A DNA stretch of 56,324 bases from contig RBZT01000468.1 in NCBI GenBank assembly GCA_003693705.1, positions 1 to 56,324 of the forward strand, read 5' to 3'. Shown piece after piece: positions 51,899 to 56,324 of this stretch (position 1 is its first letter; each line of letters starts with the position of its first letter). A model generated the notes under the pieces. The model saw only the letters and a program-made list of their open reading frames with translations. It searched no databases and was not told the origin of the DNA. The stretch comes from Polymyxa betae A26-41. Lineage: Eukaryota; Protista; Endomyxa: Phytomyxea. The position numbers and the translations under genes are program-made.

Positions 51899-52592
51899 TC
51901 TACGATAGAGCTTGCTGATTACGAATGAGATAGTGAATGTACGCGACCCCCCCATAGTCAGCAACATTGAGATTGCTCAGTAGTACGCAGCCCTCCATCT
52001 ATCTGTCAAAATCAGCTCATCGGCATTATCTGCATCAGCAACAAGGTAATTTGCAGAACCGGCTAAACGTCCTCTTCTTCTGCAGGCTGCTTATGTAATC
52101 TGTTTCCCAAAAGATATAAAGAGCTTGTGTCAATAGATCCATTTGGCTGATCACTTTAGTCAGCAGTCCCAAACATAAAGCCAATGCTTATGCAATCCGC
52201 AACGAGTACACCTCGTAATGGCAGCCATTCAGAAATCAGCGCATCAAACTGCCAGATCTGTTCCAACGTGTTCTCGCATCATTAAGGCTACAGTTGACCC
52301 TTCTTTATCAACCACGACAGCAGCTAATATATTTCAACGCTGCGATTGCAGAATCAAGATTGCATGAAGATACTGCCGCTATCCGGAATGCAGGGGCAGC
52401 CTTGAAATCATGCTGGGCTTTTATTGGCGGGACCAAGATGTTTATCGCACATCCGTCAGCTCGTCAGCCACCATCTAGCCGCTTTGAAAATTTACAGAGC
52501 CGTTTTCAACCGCCATCCACGGCGTCACTGCTTTAACTGGCAGGGTGTAACCACACCTGATGGTTTAATTATCAGTATGTTCGGACCAGGAG

Positions 52593-52826
52593 TGTAATGG
52601 ACCAGAACTACAGTATTATAAAATTAGATAAAAAGATACGAGAATATAAGGACTGTAATGCTACAGAACAGAAGCGAGTTATATAGACTGGAAAGTATAA
52701 TATAAGAATATAAGAATACCAAAAAATAGGAATACACGGGAGTACGACGAGCAGAGGAAGACTACGAAGGAGATAGAAACAGGGGCGACGATACAGAACA
52801 GGGTTTTAGTCCAAAACGGGCGTTAA
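52593..52826 (-). mobile_element. Possible solo/partial LTR
   Basis: Starts TGTAA. Strongly purine-skewed on the + strand, similar in texture to the LTR at 56030-56194. A TATA-like CTATATAA lies on the minus strand. No clean terminal CA or TSD found. Confidence 0.3.
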
Positions 52827-55431
52827 TCCAGTTGATTTATTATCATGTGACAGGCGGCCAGCAGTAAGAACTGCAGTGCAAGCAGGCACCGCGCTGTTGA
52901 GCTGCATTCTCGGGTTGCGCTCATGACAAGGAGACGGACGTTGGCATGACTGTGCAGCGATGGTAGAAAGTGGGCTGTTGGAGGTATTGCGGGCGCATCC
53001 TCAGAAATTTATTTTTTCTCATTGTGGCGATCCTGCTCATGGTTGCACCGACTTGACGTGCTGTCCCTTTCCACTAGTCGCCCCGGATCCTCGCTCAGTT
53101 AATAGGGATAACCCTGGGCCAGCATAATCAGGAAGAGGAAGAAAGTCAGTTGGAGTCTTAAGACGATGATTCTCCTTGATGATCAGCGAATCTGTAGCGC
53201 ACTTGCACGGGACGTTGTTCTGACAGCATTTCGTGCATAGTGAAATAGCTTTCCACTTCCATGCCTTGAGCGCTTCATGCGGAGTCGTCAATCGGTATAT
53301 CTCGAACTTTTATTTTGGTCGAAAACATCATTATTTTTGTCTTTTCGTTGGATGCGGAGGATAGAACTGAATCTTCTGCACACGCTCATAATTAACCCTG
53401 TTCCGCATATAGCGCTACTTGAGATCTCCAAGTTAAGATTGCAATGATGAATGCAGAATAAATATATAACCGTATAGTGCGGGACTTTGTAACCCCCTAA
53501 TATACATGATCCTGGATGGAGGGCCGGAGGGGTATAATGTCACAGTGGCGCCAAAAAAATGCGCCCCTTGCGTTCAATCTCGAACTGTTGCAGCTGCTGA
53601 GCCTGTTGCTGTTGCTGCTGAGCCTATTGTGTTGAATGTTTTCGCCTTGCAATCTAGCAAATGCCGTATACAAGTCATCAGTCTTTACACACCTTGATTC
53701 GACGGTTCGCCACGAGAAAAATGTAAATCTCATCAATTACCCATTCTTGGAAATCGCAATTAGGTCACAATGGTGGTTAGCCAATGCTGCTCCCGAATTG
53801 CGACCTCCAATGAAATAATTATCGTCTTTGATTCTAAAGACATACTCGCTGTCGGGATTATTTCTTGAAGGTCGCTGGTTGGTTTGTTGTACTTGCGCCC
53901 GACACGTGCAGACGGCTGCGAAGGCGTGTCAGGGCATGGCTCAGACTCGACGTCCGGGCAGCCTAACCCGGAGTCCTGGACTGGCACGGACAATGCCGGG
54001 GTCATGGGGCGAGCAGGAATTTTCGCTGGAGATGGAGAGAAGAACACACGGTTGGCCGTGCCAGCCGCCGCCGTCGCAGGTGCTGGTTGATCATCACCTT
54101 CGAGATCGATGGCGTTATCAGCACCCTGCCCGATATTATCCTGTCCGGGACCGTTAATGCTAAAATCCGCTTGGTAATCGAGCTCAAGAAGAGATTCGGA
54201 AATAGCGGCGGAGAGGTCACCGATTTGATTTAGCATGCGTTCGTGCCCTTCACGCCATGTAGAATGCCACGACATCTCCTCTTGAGATGTTATTGGTTGT
54301 AAATAATCCCTTCATTGATTGGGTTGAATCTAGGACTTTATATTGAAAGCTTCCTATACAGTTATTAAATATTTTTTTCCTTTTGTGAAAAGTATTATGA
54401 AACCTTAACGCCTTTCTGTTCTCATGTTTGCGTGCAGGCGCAGCTCAGTTCAATTTCAGAGAATTTCTCCCCCTTTCCTAGTAACCTCATGCCCAGAACA
54501 ATAGAGGACACCAGAGACACGGCATTACTGGAAACAACTCCAAAGGCCTTCTTAGGATTGTTGATTCTCTGAAGTCCTAAGGCTTCAGTGACTGCTGATG
54601 TTATGCGAAACTGATCATCATCAAGCGATATTGAGGTCACTCCGCGAATGTAAGCCAGTTTACAAGAGGCTGCTGTCAACGCTTGTTCTGCACCACGAAT
54701 TGTACTGTCGACGCTGAAAGGAGCCTTCCAGCTGCCGCTGTTTTTGCTTTCTCGAACAGATTTCAGACCCGTCATGCATGACTTTCTCAAAAGAAGAGCG
54801 CTGCAGCGTGGAAGCAACAGGATACAATCCCCTTTTCTTCATCAAACAGCCTCGTTGGTGTCGTACGATAAATTGAAAGATATCCTAGAACCTTCATAAA
54901 TCCAATCAGATCTTTGCCGGAAACAGCATCAGAGCCTGTGGAAATAAAATGATGTTAGGGTTAGGGTTAGGGTTTGGTAACGTTACCTGATGGTAAGCCT
55001 TCACGAACAGCCGTCAGTAGATTGCCAGTAATGGCAGACAAAAAATAGTTGGTGACGTCATCGAAAGAAACATTGGCGTTCGTCTCTTTGTTGAACATAT
55101 TTCTGAGATTCTGACAAACCGCTTTGATTTCAGTTTGTGCTTGTTCTAGTAACATCCCGTCCATCGCGGAGGTTACAATCGAAAAATCGTCCATTTGTTG
55201 AGCGGTAACGTTACTCCACTCACAGGTGTCCTCTTCTGGACAGACGCTAGAAGTCTGCGACCCAGAATCATCGAATTACTCAGCAAGAGAAGTCATACTG
55301 GCTGTACGAAAATACTCACAAATGCAGCTGCGACGACGAGGTCAAAAATGGGAACTGCGCGCAAACGTTTTTGCGGGGAAATGTTTGGGCAATCCCTGGG
55401 AGATTGCAAAAATTCAGGGTAATTGGATTAA
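52823..55431 (-). mobile_element. Degenerate, internally deleted piggyBac-like DNA transposon
   Basis: Frameshifted transposase-like translation DLIGFMKVLGYLSIYRTTPTRLFD / YPVASTLQRSSFEKVM / ...ISLDDDQFR resembles the piggyBac N-terminal helices and the first catalytic Asp region. Candidate ends are TTAA-TCCAGTT (52823) and AATTGGA-TTAA (55431). Confidence 0.55.
54955..54972 (+). repeat. (TTAGGG)3 telomere-like repeat inside an intron of the transposase remnant
   Basis: ttagggttagggttaggg read directly. Confidence 0.85.
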
Positions 55432-55621
55432 TCGTGGCATTGATTTTATTTTTCGAAATCGACCCATTTTGAAAATGTAAGCACTTTATTGATCACATCT
55501 TCATCGCAACGGTCATACACAAGATTCACGTCGTCAACTCAATCGTTTCCGGGTGTCGTCAGAGCCGCACCGCACGCACTGTGGAGTTAGCGGATGCGAG
55601 GTCAGGCGAAACCGAACTTTC

Positions 55622-55737
55622 GCGCTGTTTCCGGCTAGCCGACGGTTAGCCGGCTACAACACAATGACCAGCCGGCTAGCTGTTTAGAACGGCGAACCGG
55701 CTAGCCGATTGGTTAGCCGGAACCGCGCCCATCCCTA
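55622..55737. mobile_element. hAT-like transposon end or MITE with subterminal repeats
   Basis: Ends in CCCATCCCTA (reverse complement TAGGGATGGG, Ac/hAT-like terminus). Several CCGGCTAGC / GGTTAGCCGG units occur in both orientations. Confidence 0.45.
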
Positions 55738-55752
55738 CCATTTTCAGGACTC

Positions 55753-55836
55753 AAGAGTGAATAATATTCACTCTCTTAAGCATTAAAACCGGAAAAACTG
55801 CGAACCCCGTAGAGTGAATATTATTCACTCTTACGG
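55753..55836. repeat. Two palindromic 22-bp units in inverted orientation
   Basis: aagagtgaataatattcactct (55753-55774) and agagtgaatattattcactctt (55811-55832) are exact reverse complements, and each is itself a hairpin. Confidence 0.85.
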
Positions 55837-56029
55837 AATCAGGGGTATTATCATGTGTAGTCACAGGAATGCAGTTCCTGAAGGAAGCGGCTCACTGCGG
55901 CTGCGCCTGCACGCAATCATGACACCTGACTGCATTACAGCATGCAGTTTTTTGTTTTTGTACTGGTGCATGTTGTTCCTGCACATACATATTGAATTTC
56001 AGCTTGCATGTGCAATCATGTTTTAGGAT

Positions 56030-56324
56030 TGTCAAGACAAGGGAGAGGAGGAATACGACGATACAAGACTAATCGTGTATTGAATAAGAGAAGGGAAAAC
56101 AACAGGAAGACATTGCACCGGAGGTGCGTGGCGGACTAAATTATGTTATGGACTAAATTATGTTATGTTATGTCACTGTAGTCAGGACATGACATTGTCC
56201 CCGACCGAATCGGAGAACATCTCTGGATGATGACGTTTACGCCAGTAGATCAGGATGGGGGTTTCGTCCAGGAAATTCTGAGCGGGCTCCCATGAGTCGT
56301 GGAAGGGTCGAAGCCACGCCAACG
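56030..56324 (-). mobile_element. 3' end of a chromovirus-type Ty3/Gypsy LTR retrotransposon (chromodomain remnant, PPT-like tract, 3' LTR 56030-56194)
   Basis: The LTR is bounded by TGTCA...TGACA. On the minus strand GGGGACAA lies immediately before the LTR. The minus-strand translation RWRGFDPS/HDSWEPAQNFLDETPILIYW is a chromodomain with a 1-nt frameshift. A 17-bp tandem duplication sits in the LTR (56133-56166). Confidence 0.75.

Noticed and set aside
52000-52330. Minus-strand LNDARTRWNRSGSLMR resembling the hAT DxxTRWNS motif
   Set aside because: A single short motif among stops with no other transposase support; may be chance.
1-56324. CRISPR arrays, tRNA/rRNA genes, prokaryotic operons
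   Set aside because: None seen; the window is eukaryotic with spliceosomal introns.

Overview
A gene-dense eukaryotic window from a compact genome with many short (~50-60 nt) GT-AG introns and very short intergenic spacers. Flagellar/transition-zone genes (PF6/SPAG17-like, MKS1) point to a flagellated protist. A plasmodiophorid-type genome would fit, but that is a guess. The core (about 4.6-52 kb) holds about 22 protein genes, including eIF2B-gamma, a PAP/OAS-type nucleotidyltransferase-like protein, a CYSTM peptide, DNA ligase IV, an LRR protein, TRAPPC4, MKS1, a PPR protein, an Ariadne RBR ligase, an asteroid/XPG-like PIN nuclease, a two-pore channel, a Vti1-like SNARE, RPS28 and a Dcp-like M3 peptidase. 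The left end carries an intron-containing CYFIP/Sra1 fragment across an assembly gap. The right end is a cluster of decayed transposons (piggyBac-like, hAT-like end, chromovirus LTR). The most notable observations are: (1) a two-pore channel that appears to splice in frame to a very long N-terminal extension with two TM-bounded Cache-like luminal modules; (2) a nucleotidyltransferase-like protein with DxD replaced by NxN, fused to a LOTUS/OST-HTH-like domain; (3) a PPR protein built from 37-38-aa rather than 35-aa repeats; (4) a Vti1-like SNARE with no TM anchor. All gene models and family calls were made by eye without database searches.
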